The notes under the pieces were generated by a model. It saw only the letters and a program-made list of their open reading frames with translations. It searched no databases and was not told the origin of the DNA. Shown here one piece after another: positions 15,001 to 30,000 of a stretch of DNA of 64,000 nucleotides (positions are counted from its first letter, which is position 1; each line of letters begins with the position of its first letter). The position numbers were made by a program, and so were the translations under genes. The DNA is from Eledone cirrhosa (Eukaryota): NCBI GenBank assembly GCA_964016885.1, contig CAXHJY010001609.1, positions 186,001-250,000 of the forward strand, in the 5' to 3' direction.

Positions 15001-18000
15001 ATTGTGTACATTGTATATAGTTTATGTCTACATCGTGTACATTGTATAGAGTTTATACCTACATTGTGTACATTGTATAGAGTTTATACTTACATTGTGT
15101 ACATTGTATAGAGTTTATGTCTACATTGTGTACATTGTATAGAGTTTATACCTACATTGTGTACATTTTATAGAGGTTATGCCTACATTGTGTACATTGT
15201 ATAGAGGTTATGTCTACATTGTGTACATTGTATAGAGTTTATGTCTACATTGTGTACATTGTATAGAGGTTATGCCTACATTGTGTACATTGTATAGAGT
15301 TTATACCTACATTGTGTACATTGTATAGAGTTTATACCTACATTGTGTACATTGTATAGAGTTTATGTCTACATTGTGTACATTGTATAGAGTTTATACC
15401 TACATTGGGTACATTGTATAGAGTTTATACCTACATTGTGTACATTGTATAGAGGTTATGCCTACATTGTGTACATTGTATAGAGTTTATACCTACATTG
15501 TGTACATTGTATAGAGTTTATACTTACATTGTGTACATTGTATAGAGTTTATACCTACATTGTATACATTGTATAGAGTTTGTGTCTACATTGTGTACAT
15601 TGTATAGAGTTTATGTCTACATTGTGTACATTGTATAGAGTTTATGTCTACATTGTGTACATTGTATAGAGTTTGTGTCTACATTGTGTACATTGTATAG
15701 AGTGTATACCTACATTGTGTACATTGTGTAGAGCTTATGTCTACATTGTGTACATTGTATAGAGTTTATACCTACATTGTGTACATTGTATAGAGTTTAT
15801 ACTTACATTGTGTACATTGTATAGAGTTTATGTCTACATTGTGTACATTGTATAGAGTTTATACCTACATTGTGTACATTTTATAGAGGTTATGCCTACA
15901 TTGTGTACATTGTATAGAGTTTATGTCTACATTGTGTACATTGTATATAGTTTATGTCTACATCGTGTACATTGTATAGAGTTTATACCTACATTGTGTA
16001 CATTGTATAGAGTTTATACTTACATTGTGTACATTGTATAGAGTTTATGTCTACATTGTGTACATTGTATAGAGTTTATACCTACATTGTGTACATTTTA
16101 TAGAGGTTATGCCTACATTGTGTACATTGTATAGAGTTTATGTCTACATTGTGTACATTGTATAGAGTTTATGTCTACATTGTGTACATTGTATAGAGTT
16201 TGTGTATACATTGTGTACATTGTATAGAGTTTATGTCTACATTGTGTACATTGTATAGAGTTTATACCTACATTGTGTACATTGTATAGAGTTTATACTT
16301 ACATTGTGTACATTGTATAGAGTTTATGTCTACATTGTGTACATTGTATAGAGTTTATACTTACATTGTGTACATTGTATAGAGTTTATACCTACATTGT
16401 ATACATTGTATAGAGTTTGTGTCTACATTGTGTACATTGTATAGAGTTTATGTCTACATTGTGTACATTGTATAGAGTTTATGTCTACATTGTGTACATT
16501 GTATAGAGTTTGTGTCTACATTGTGTACATTGTATAGAGTGTATACCTACATTGTGTACATTGTGTAGAGCTTATGTCTACATTGTGTACATTGTATAGA
16601 GTTTATACCTACATTGTGTACATTGTATAGAGTTTATACTTACATTGTGTACATTGTATAGAGTTTATGTCTACATTGTGTACATTGTATAGAGTTTATA
16701 CCTACATTGTGTACATTTTATAGAGGTTATGCCTACATTGTGTACATTGTATAGAGTTTATGTCTACATTGTGTACATTGTATATAGTTTATGTCTACAT
16801 CGTGTACATTGTATAGAGTTTATACCTACATTGTGTACATTGTATAGAGTTTATACTTACATTGTGTACATTGTATAGAGTTTATGTCTACATTGTGTAC
16901 ATTGTATAGAGTTTATACCTACATTGTGTACATTTTATAGAGGTTATGCCTACATTGTGTACATTGTATAGAGTTTATGTCTACATTGTGTACATTGTAT
17001 AGAGTTTATGTCTACATTGTGTACATTGTATAGAGTTTGTGTATACATTGTGTACATTGTATAGAGTTTATGTCTACATTGTGTACATTGTATAGAGTTT
17101 ATACCTACATTGTGTACATTGTATAGAGTTTATACTTACATTGTGTACATTGTATAGAGTTTATGTCTACATTGTGTACATTGTATAGAGTTTATACCTA
17201 CATTGTGTACATTTTATAGAGGTTATGTCTATATTGTGTACATTGTATAGAGGTTATACCTACATTGTGTACATTGTATAGACGTTATACCTACATTGTG
17301 TACATTGTATAGAGTTTATACCTACATTGTGTACATTGTATAGAGGTTATACCTACATTGTGTACATTGTATAAAGTTTATACCTACATTTTGTACATTG
17401 TATAGAGTTTATACCTACATTGTGTACATTGTGTAGAGCTTATGTCTACATTGTGTACATTGTATAGAGTTTATGTCTATATTGTGTACATTGTATAGAG
17501 TTTATACCTACATTGTGTACATTGTATAGAGTTTATACCTACATTGTGTACATTGTATAGAGTGTATGTCTACATTGTGTACATTGTATAGAGTTTATAC
17601 CTACATTGTGTACATTGTATAGAGTTTATACCTACATTGTGTACATTGTATAGAGTTTATGTCTACATTGTGTACATTGTATAGAGTTTATACCTACATT
17701 GTGTACATTGTATAGAGTTTATACCTACATTGTGTACGTTGTATAGAGTTTATGTCTACATTGTGTACATTGTATAGATTTTATACCTACATTGTGTACA
17801 TTGTATAGAGTTTATACCTACATTGTGTACATTGTATAGAGGTTATGTCTACATTGTGTACATTGTATAGAGTTTATACCTACATTGTGTACATTGTATA
17901 GAGTTTATACCTACATTGTGTACATTGTATAGAGTTTATGTCTACATTGTGTACATTGTATAGAGTTTATACCTACATTGTGTACATTGTATAGAGTTTA

Positions 18001-21000
18001 TGTCTACATTGTGTACATTGTATACATTGTATAGAGTTTATGTCTACATTGTGTACATTGTATAGAGTTTATACCTACATTGTGTAGAGTTTATACCTAC
18101 ATTGTGTAGATTGTATAGAGGTTATGTCTACATTGTGTACATTGTATAGAGTTTATACCTACATTGTGTACATTGTATAGAGTTTATACCTACATTGTGT
18201 ACATTGTATAGAGTTTATACCTACATTGTGTACATTGTATAGAGTTTATACCTACATTGTGTACATTGTATAGAGTTTATACCTACATTGTGTACATTGT
18301 ATAGAGTTTATACCTACATTGTGTACATTGTATAGAGTTTATGTCTACATTGTGTACATTGTATAGAGTTTATGTCTACATTGTGTACATTGTATAGAGT
18401 TTATACCTACATTGTGTACATTGTATAGAGGTTATGTCTACAGTGTGTACATTGTATAGAGTTTATACCTACATTGTGTACGTTGTATAGAGTTTATACC
18501 TACATTGTGTACATTGTATAGAGTTTATGTCTACATTTTGTACATTGTATAGAGTTTATACCTACATTGTGTACATTGTATAGAGTTTATACCTACATTG
18601 TGGACATTGTATAGAGTTTATGTCTACATTGTGTACATTGTATAGAGTTTATGTCTACATTGTGTACATTGTATATAGTTTATGTCTACATCGTGTACAT
18701 TGTATAGAGTTTATACCTACATTGTGTACATTGTATAGAGTTTATACTTACATTGTGTACATTGTATAGAGTTTATGTCTACATTGTGTACATTGTATAG
18801 AGTTTATACCTACATTGTGTACATTTTATAGAGGTTATGCCTACATTGTGTACATTGTATAGAGGTTATGTCTACATTGTGTACATTGTATAGAGTTTAT
18901 GTCTACATTGTGTACATTATATAGAGGTTATGCCTACATTGTGTACATTGTATAGAGTTTATACCTACATTGTGTACATTGTATAGAGTTTATACCTACA
19001 TTGTGTACATTGTATAGAGTTTATGTCTACATTGTGTACATTGTATAGAGTTTATACCTACATTGTGGACATTGTATAGAGTTTATGTCTACATTGTGTA
19101 CATTGTATAGAGTTTATACCTACATTGTGTAGAGTTTATACCTACATTGTGTACATTGTATAGAGGTTATGTCTACATTGTGTACATTGTATAGAGTTTA
19201 TACCTACATTGTGTACATTGTATAGAGTTTATACCTACATTGTGTACATTGTATAGAGTTTATACCTACATTGTGTACATTGTATAGAGTTTATACCTAC
19301 ATTGTGTACATTGTATAGAGTTTATACCTACATTGTGTACATTGTATAGAGTTTATACCTACATTGTGTACATTGTATAGAGTTTATTTCTACATTGTGT
19401 ACATTGAATAGAGTTTATACCTACATTGTGTACATTGTATAGAGGTTATGTCTACAGTGTGTACATTGTATAGAGTTTATACCTACATTGTGTACGTTGT
19501 ATAGAGTTTATACCTACATTGTGTACATTGTATAGAGTTTATGTCTACATTTTGTACATTGTATAGAGTTTATACCTACATTGTGTACATTGTATAGAGT
19601 TTATACCTACATTGTGGACATTGTATAGAGTTTATGTCTACATTGTGTACATTGTATAGAGTTTATGTCTACATTGTGTACATTGTATATAGTTTATGTC
19701 TACATCGTGTACATTGTATAGAGTTTATACCTACATTGTGTACATTGTATAGAGTTTATACTTACATTGTGTACATTGTATAGAGTTTATGTCTACATTG
19801 TATATAGTTTATGTCTACATCGTGTACATTGTATAGAGTTTATACCTACATTGTGTACATTGTATAGAGTTTATACTTACATTGTGTACATTGTATAGAG
19901 TTTATGTCTACATTGTGTACATTGTATAGAGTTTATACCTACATTGTGTACATTTTATAGAGGTTATGTCTATATTGTGTACATTGTATAGAGGTTATAC
20001 CTACATTGTGTACATTGTATAGACGTTATACCTACATTGTGTACATTGTATAGAGTTTATACCTACATTGTGTACATTGTATAGAGGTTATACCTACATT
20101 GTGTACATTGTATAGAGTTTATACCTACATTTTGTACATTGTATAGAGCTTATGTCTACATTGTGTACATTGTATAGAGTTTATGTCTATATTGTGTACA
20201 TTGTATAGAGTTTATACCTACATTGTGTACATTGTATAGAGTTTATACCTACATTGTGTACATTGTATAGAGTTTATACCTACATTGCGTACATTGTATA
20301 GAGTTTATCTCTACATTGTGTACATTGTATAGAGTTTATACCTACATTGTGTACATTGTATAGAGTTTATACCTACATTGTGTACATTGTATAGAGTTTA
20401 TGTCTACATTGTGTACATTGTATAGATTTTATACCTACATTGTGTACATTGAATAGAGTTTATACCTACATTGTGTACATTGTATAGAGGTTATGTCTAC
20501 ATTGTGTACATTGTATAGAGTTTATACCTACATTGTGTACATTGTATAGAGTTTATACCTACATTGTGTACATTGTATAGAGTTTATGTCTACATTGTGT
20601 ACATTGTATAGAGTTTATACCTACATTGTGTACATTGTATAGAGTTTATACTTACATTGTGTACATTGTATAGAGTTTATGTCTACATAGTGTACATTGT
20701 ATAGAGTTTATACCTACATTGTGTACATTTTATAGAGGTTATGCCTACATCGTGTACATTGTATAGAGGTTATGTCTACATTGTGTACATTGTATAGAGT
20801 TTATGTCTACATTGTGTACATTGTATAGAGGTTATGCCTACATTGTGTACATTGTATAGAGTTTATACCTACATTGTGTACATTGTATAGAGTTTATACC
20901 TACATTGTGTACATTGTATAGAGTTTATGTCTACATTGTGTACATTGTATAGATTTTATACCTACATTGTGGACATTGTATAGAGTTTATGTCTACATTG

Positions 21001-24000
21001 TGTACATTGTATAGAGTTTATACCTACATTGGGTACATTGTATAGAGGTTATGTCTACATTGTGTACATTGTATAGAGTTTATACCTACATTGTGTACAT
21101 TGTATAGAGTTTATACCTACATTGTGTACATTGTATAGAGTTTATACCTACATTGTGTACATTGTATAGAGTTTATACCTACATTGTGTACATTGTATAG
21201 AGTTTATACCTACATTGTGTACATTGTATAGAGTTTATACCTACATTGTGTACATTGTATAGAGTTTATGTCTACATTGTGTACATTGTATAGAGTTTAT
21301 ACCTACATTGTGTACATTGTATAGAGGTTATGTCTACAGTGTGTACATTGTATAGAGTTTATACCTACATTGTGTACGTTGTATAGAGTTTATACCTACA
21401 TTGTGTACATTGTATAGAGTTTATGTCTACATTTTGTACATTGTATAGAGTTTATACCTACATTGTGTACATTGTATAGAGTTTATACCTACATTGTGGA
21501 CATTGTATAGAGTTTATGTCTACATTGTGTACATTGTATAGAGTTTATGTCTACATTGTGTACATTGTATATAGTTTATGTCTACATCGTGTACATTGTA
21601 TAGAGTTTATACCTACATTGTGTACATTGTATAGAGTTTATACTTACATTGTGTACATTGTATAGAGTTTATGTCTACATTGTGTACATTGTATAGAGTT
21701 TATACCTACATTGTGTACATTTTATAGAGGTTATGCCTACATTGTGTACATTGTATAGAGGTTATGTCTACATTGTGTACATTGTATAGAGTTTATGTCT
21801 ACATTGTGTACATTGTATAGAGGTTATGCCTACATTGTGTACATTGTATAGAGTTTATACCTACATTGTGTACATTGTATAGAGTTTATACCTACATTGT
21901 GTACATTGTATAGAGTTTATACCTACATTGTGTACATTGTATAGAGTTTATGTCTACATTGTTTTCCTTTTATAGAGTTTGTGTCTACATTGTGTACATT
22001 GTATAGAGTGTGTACCTACATTGTGTACATTGTATAGAGTTTATGTCTACATTGTGTACATTGTATAGAGTTTATGTCTACATTGTGTACATTGTATAGA
22101 GTTTATACCTACATTGTGAACATTGTATAGAGTTTATACCTACATTGTGTACATTGTATAGAGTTTTTGTCTACATTGTGTACATTGTATAGAGTGTATA
22201 CCTACATTGTGTACATTGTATAGAGTTTATACCTACATTTGGTACATTGTATAGAGTTTGTGTCTACATTGTGTACATTGTATAGAGTGTATACCTACAT
22301 TGTGTACATTGTATAGAGTTTATGTCTACATTGTGTACATTGTATAGAGTTTATGTCTACATTGTGTAGAGTTTATACCTACATTGTGTACATTGTATAG
22401 AGTTTATACCTACATTGTGTACATTGTATAGAGTTTATGTCTACATTGTATAGAGTTTGTGTCTACATTGTGTACATTGTATAGAGTGTATACCTACATT
22501 GTGTACATTGTGTAGAGTTTATGTCTACATTGTGTACATTGTATAGAGTTTATGTCTATATTGTGTACATTGTATAGAGGTTATACCTACATTGTGTACA
22601 TTGTATAGAGTTTATACCTACATTGTGTACATTGTATAGAGTTTATGTCTACATTGTGTACATTGTATAGAGTTTATGTCTACATTGTGTACATTGTATA
22701 GAGTTTATACCTACATTGTGTACATTGTATAGAGGTTATGTCTACAGTGTGTACATTGTATAGAGTTTATACCTACATTGTGTACGTTGTATAGAGTTTA
22801 TACCTACATTGTGTACATTGTATAGAGTTTATGTCTACATTTTGTACATTGTATAGAGTTTATACCTACATTGTGTACATTGTATAGAGTTTATACCTAC
22901 ATTGTGGACATTGTATAGAGTTTATGTCTACATTGTGTACATTGTATAGAGTTTATGTCTACATTGTGTACATTGTATATAGTTTATGTCTACATCGTGT
23001 ACATTGTATAGAGTTTATACCTACATTGTGTACATTGTATAGAGTTTATACTTACATTGTGTACATTGTATAGAGTTTATGTCTACATTGTGTACATTGT
23101 ATAGAGTTTATACCTACATTGTGTACATTTTATAGAGGTTATGCCTACATTGTGTACATTGTATAGAGGTTATGTCTACATTGTGTACATTGTATAGAGT
23201 TTATGTCTACATTGTGTACATTGTATAGAGGTTATGCCTACATTGTGTACATTGTATAGAGTTTATACCTACATTGTGTACATTGTATAGAGTTTATACC
23301 TACATTGTGTACATTGTATAGAGTTTATGTCTACATTGTGTACATTGTATAGAGTTTATACCTACATTGTGGACATTGTATAGAGTTTATGTCTACATTG
23401 TGTACATTGTATAGAGTTTATACCTACATTGTGTAGAGTTTATACCTACATTGTGTACATTGTATAGAGGTTATGTCTACATTGTGTACATTGTATAGAG
23501 TTTATACCTACATTGTGTACATTGTATAGAGTTTATACCTACATTGTGTACATTGTATAGAGTTTATACCTACATTGTGTACATTGTATAGAGTTTATAC
23601 CTACATTGTGTACATTGTATAGAGTTTATACCTACATTGTGTACATTGTATAGAGTTTATACCTACATTGTGTACATTGTATAGAGTTTATTTCTACATT
23701 GTGTACATTGAATAGAGTTTATACCTACATTGTGTACATTGTATAGAGGTTATGTCTACAGTGTGTACATTGTATAGAGTTTATACCTACATTGTGTACG
23801 TTGTATAGAGTTTATACCTACATTGTGTACATTGTATAGAGTTTATGTCTACATTTTGTACATTGTATAGAGTTTATACCTACATTGTGTACATTGTATA
23901 GAGTTTATACCTACATTGTGGACATTGTATAGAGTTTATGTCTACATTGTGTACATTGTATAGAGTTTATGTCTACATTGTGTACATTGTATATAGTTTA

Positions 24001-27000
24001 TGTCTACATCGTGTACATTGTATAGAGTTTATACCTACATTGTGTACATTGTATAGAGTTTATACTTACATTGTGTACATTGTATAGAGTTTATGTCTAC
24101 ATTGTATATAGTTTATGTCTACATCGTGTACATTGTATAGAGTTTATACCTACATTGTGTACATTGTATAGAGTTTATACTTACATTGTGTACATTGTAT
24201 AGAGTTTATGTCTACATTGTGTACATTGTATAGAGTTTATACCTACATTGTGTACATTTTATAGAGGTTATGTCTATATTGTGTACATTGTATAGAGGTT
24301 ATACCTACATTGTGTACATTGTATAGACGTTATACCTACATTGTGTACATTGTATAGAGTTTATACCTACATTGTGTACATTGTATAGAGGTTATACCTA
24401 CATTGTGTACATTGTATAGAGTTTATACCTACATTTTGTACATTGTATAGAGCTTATGTCTACATTGTGTACATTGTATAGAGTTTATGTCTATATTGTG
24501 TACATTGTATAGAGTTTATACCTACATTGTGTACATTGTATAGAGTTTATACCTACATTGTGTACATTGTATAGAGTTTATACCTACATTGCGTACATTG
24601 TATAGAGTTTATCTCTACATTGTGTACATTGTATAGAGTTTATACCTACATTGTGTACATTGTATAGAGTTTATACCTACATTGTGTACATTGTATAGAG
24701 TTTATGTCTACATTGTGTACATTGTATAGATTTTATACCTACATTGTGTACATTGAATAGAGTTTATACCTACATTGTGTACATTGTATAGAGGTTATGT
24801 CTACATTGTGTACATTGTATAGAGTTTATACCTACATTGTGTACATTGTATAGAGTTTATACCTACATTGTGTACATTGTATAGAGTTTATGTCTACATT
24901 GTGTACATTGTATAGAGTTTATACCTACATTGTGTACATTGTATAGAGTTTATACTTACATTGTGTACATTGTATAGAGTTTATGTCTACATAGTGTACA
25001 TTGTATAGAGTTTATACCTACATTGTGTACATTTTATAGAGGTTATGCCTACATCGTGTACATTGTATAGAGGTTATGTCTACATTGTGTACATTGTATA
25101 GAGTTTATGTCTACATTGTGTACATTGTATAGAGGTTATGCCTACATTGTGTACATTGTATAGAGTTTATACCTACATTGTGTACATTGTATAGAGTTTA
25201 TACCTACATTGTGTACATTGTATAGAGTTTATGTCTACATTGTGTACATTGTATAGATTTTATACCTACATTGTGGACATTGTATAGAGTTTATGTCTAC
25301 ATTGTGTACATTGTATAGAGTTTATACCTACATTGGGTACATTGTATAGAGGTTATGTCTACATTGTGTACATTGTATAGAGTTTATACCTACATTGTGT
25401 ACATTGTATAGAGTTTATACCTACATTGTGTACATTGTATAGAGTTTATACCTACATTGTGTACATTGTATAGAGTTTATACCTACATTGTGTACATTGT
25501 ATAGAGTTTATACCTACATTGTGTACATTGTATAGAGTTTATACCTACATTGTGTACATTGTATAGAGTTTATGTCTACATTGTGTACATTGTATAGAGT
25601 TTATACCTACATTGTGTACATTGTATAGAGGTTATGTCTACAGTGTGTACATTGTATAGAGTTTATACCTACATTGTGTACGTTGTATAGAGTTTATGTC
25701 TACATTGTGTACATTGTATAGAGTTTATGTCTACATTTTGTACATTGTATAGAGTTTATACCTACATTGTGTACATTGTATAGAGTTTATACCTACATTG
25801 TGGACATTGTATAGAGTTTATGTCTACATTGTGTACATTGTATAGAGTTTATGTCTACATTGTGTACATTGTATATAGTTTATGTCTACATCGTGTACAT
25901 TGTATAGAGTTTATACCTACATTGTGTACATTGTATAGAGTTTATACTTACATTGTGTACATTGTATAGAGTTTATGTCTACATTGTGTACATTGTATAG
26001 AGTTTATACCTACATTGTGTACATTTTATAGAGGTTATGCCTACATTGTGTACATTGTATAGAGGTTATGTCTACATTGTGTACATTGTATAGAGTTTAT
26101 GTCTACATTGTGTACATTGTATAGAGGTTATGCCTACATTGTGTACATTGTATAGAGTTTATACCTACATTGTGTACATTGTATAGAGTTTATACCTACA
26201 TTGTGTACATTGTATAGAGTTTATGTCTACATTGTTTTCCTTTTATAGAGTTTGTGTCTACATTGTGTACATTGTATAGAGTGTATACCTACATTGTGTA
26301 CATTGTATAGAGTTTATGTCTACATTGTGTACATTGTATAGAGTTTATGTCTACATTGTGTACATTGTATAGAGTTTATACCTACATTGTGAACATTGTA
26401 TAGAGTTTATACCTACATTGTGTACATTGTATAGAGTTTGTGTCTACATTGTGTACATTGTATAGAGTGTATACCTACATTGTGTACATTGTATAGAGTT
26501 TATACCTACATTTGGTACATTGTATAGAGTTTGTGTCTACATTGTGTACATTGTATAGAGTGTATACCTACATTGTGTACATTGTATAGAGTTTATGTCT
26601 ACATTGTGTACATTGTATAGAGTTTATGTCTACATTGTGTAGAGTTTATACCTACATTGTGTACATTGTATAGAGTTTATACCTACATTGTGTACATTGT
26701 ATAGAGTTTATGTCTACATTGTATAGAGTTTGTGTCTACATTGTGTACATTGTATAGAGTGTATACCTACATTGTGTACATTGTGTAGAGTTTATGTCTA
26801 CATTGTGTACATTGTATAGAGTTTATGTCTATATTGTGTACATTGTATAGAGGTTATACCTACATTGTGTACATTGTATAGAGTTTATACCTACATTGTG
26901 TACATTGTATAGAGGTTATACCTACATTGTGTACATTGTATAGAGTTTATACCTACATTTTGTACATTGTATAGAGTTTATACCTACATTGTGTACATTG

Positions 27001-30000
27001 TGTAGAGCTTATGTCTACATTGTGTACATTGTATAGAGTTTATGTCTATATTGTGTACATTGTATAGAGGTTATACCTACATTGTGTACATTGTATAGAG
27101 TTTATACCTACATTGTGTACATTGTATAGAGTTTATACCTACATTGTGTACATTGTATAGAGTTTATGTCTACATTGTGTACATTGTATAGAGTTTATAC
27201 CTACATTGTGTACATTGTATAGAGTTTATACCTACATTGTGTACATTGTATAGAGTTTATGTCTACATTGTGTACATTGTATACATTGTATAGAGTTTAT
27301 GTCTACATTGTGTACATTGTATAGAGTTTATACCTACATTGTGTAGAGTTTATACCTACATTGTGTACATTGTATAGAGGTTATGTCTACATTGCGTACA
27401 TTGTATAGAGTTTATACCTACATTGTGTACATTGTATAGAGTTTATACCTACATTGTGTACATTGTATAGAGTTTATACCTACATTGTGTACATTGTATA
27501 GAGTTTGTCTATATTGTGTACATTGTATAGAGTTTATACCTACATTGTGTACATTGTATAGAGGTTATGTCTACAGTGTGTACATTGTATAGAGTTTATA
27601 CCTACATTGTGTACGTTGTATAGAGTTTATACCTACATTGTGTACATTGTATAGAGTTTATGTCTACATTTTGTACATTGTATAGAGTTTATACCTACAT
27701 TGTGTACATTGTATAGAGTTTATACCTACATTGTGGACATTGTATAGAGTTTATGTCTACATTGTGTACATTGTATAGAGTTTATGTCTACATTGTATAT
27801 AGTTTATGTCTACATCATGTACATTTTATAGAGTTTATACCTACATTGTGTACATTGTATAGACTTTATACTTACATTGTGTACATTGTATAGAGTTTAT
27901 GTCTACATTGTGTACATTTTATAGAGGTTATGTCTATATTGTGTACATTGTATAGAGGTTATACCTACATTGTGTACATTGTATAGACGTTATACCTACA
28001 TTGTGTACATTGTATAGAGTTTATACCTACATTGTGTACATTGTATAGAGGTTATACCTACATTGTGTACATTGTATAGAGTTTATACCTACATTTTGTA
28101 CATTGTATAGAGTTTATACCTACATTGTGTACATTGTGTAGAGCTTATGTCTACATTGTGTACATTGTATAGAGTTTATGTCTATATTGTGTACATTGTA
28201 TAGAGTTTATACCTACATTGTGTACATTGTATAGAGTTTATACCTACATTGTGTACATTGTATAGAGTTTATGTCTACATTGTGTACATTGTATAGAGTT
28301 TATACCTACATTGTGTACATTGTATAGAGTTTATACCTACATTGTGTACATTGTATAGAGTTTATGTCTACATTGTGTACATTGTATAGAGTTTATACCT
28401 ACATTGTGTACATTGTATAGAGTTTATACCTACATTGTGTACATTGTATAGAGTTTATGTCTACATTGTGTACATTGTATAGAGTTTATACCTACATTGT
28501 GTACATTGTATAGAGTTTATGTCTACATTGTGTACATTGTATAGAGTTTATACCTACATTGTGTACATTGTATAGAGTTTATACCTACATTGTGTACATT
28601 GTATAGAGTTTATACCTACATTGTGTACATTGTATAGAGTTTATACCTACATTGTGTACATTGTATAGAGTTTATACCTACATTGTGTACATTGTATAGA
28701 GTTTATACCTACATTGTGTACATTGTATAGAGTTTATACCTACATTGTGTACATTGTATAGAGTTTATACCTACATTGTGTACATTGTATAGAGTTTATG
28801 TCTACATTGTGTACATTGAATAGAGTTTATACCTACATTGTGTACATTGTATAGAGGTTATGTCTACAGTGTGTACATTGTATAGAGTTTATACCTACAT
28901 TGTGTACGTTGTATAGAGTTTATACCTACATTGTGTACATTGTATAGAGTTTATGTCTACATTTTGTACATTGTATAGAGTTTATACCTACATTGTGTAC
29001 ATTGTATAGAGTTTATACCTACATTGTGGACATTGTATAGAGTTTATGTCTACATTGTGTACATTGTATAGAGTTTATGTCTACATTGTGTACATTGTAT
29101 ATAGTTTATGTCTACATCGTGTACATTGTATAGAGTTTATACCTACATTGTGTACATTGTATAGAGTTTATACTTACATTGTGTACATTGTATAGAGTTT
29201 ATGTCTACATTGTATATAGTTTATGTCTACATCGTGTACATTGTATAGAGTTTATACCTACATCGTGTACATTGTATAGAGTTTATACTTACATTGTGTA
29301 CATTGTATAGAGTTTATGTCTACATTGTGTACATTGTATAGAGTTTATACCTACATTGTGTACATTTTATAGAGGTTATGTCTATATTGTGTACATTGTA
29401 TAGAGGTTATACCTACATTGTGTACATTGTATAGACGTTATACCTACATTGTGTACATTGTATAGAGTTTATACCTACATTGTGTACATTGTATAGAGGT
29501 TATACCTACATTGTGTACATTGTATAGAGTTTATACCTACATTTTGTACGTTGTATAGAGTTTATACCTACATTGTGTACATTGTGTAGAGCTTATGTCT
29601 ACATTGTGTACATTGTATAGAGTTTATGTCTATATTGTGTACATTGTATAGAGTTTAAACCTACATTGTGTACATTGTATAGAGTTTATACCTACATTGT
29701 GTACATTGTATAGAGTTTATGTCTACATTGTGTACATTGTATAGAGTTTATACCTACATTGTGTACATTGTATAGAGTTTATACCTACATTGCGTACATT
29801 GTATAGAGTTTATGTCTACATTGTGTACATTGTATAGAGTTTATACCTACATTGTGTACATTGTATAGAGTTTATACCTACATTGTGTACATTGTATAGA
29901 GTTTATGTCTACATTGTGTACATTGTATAGATTTTATACCTACATTGTGTACATTGAATAGAGTTTATACCTACATTGTGTACATTGTATAGAGGTTATG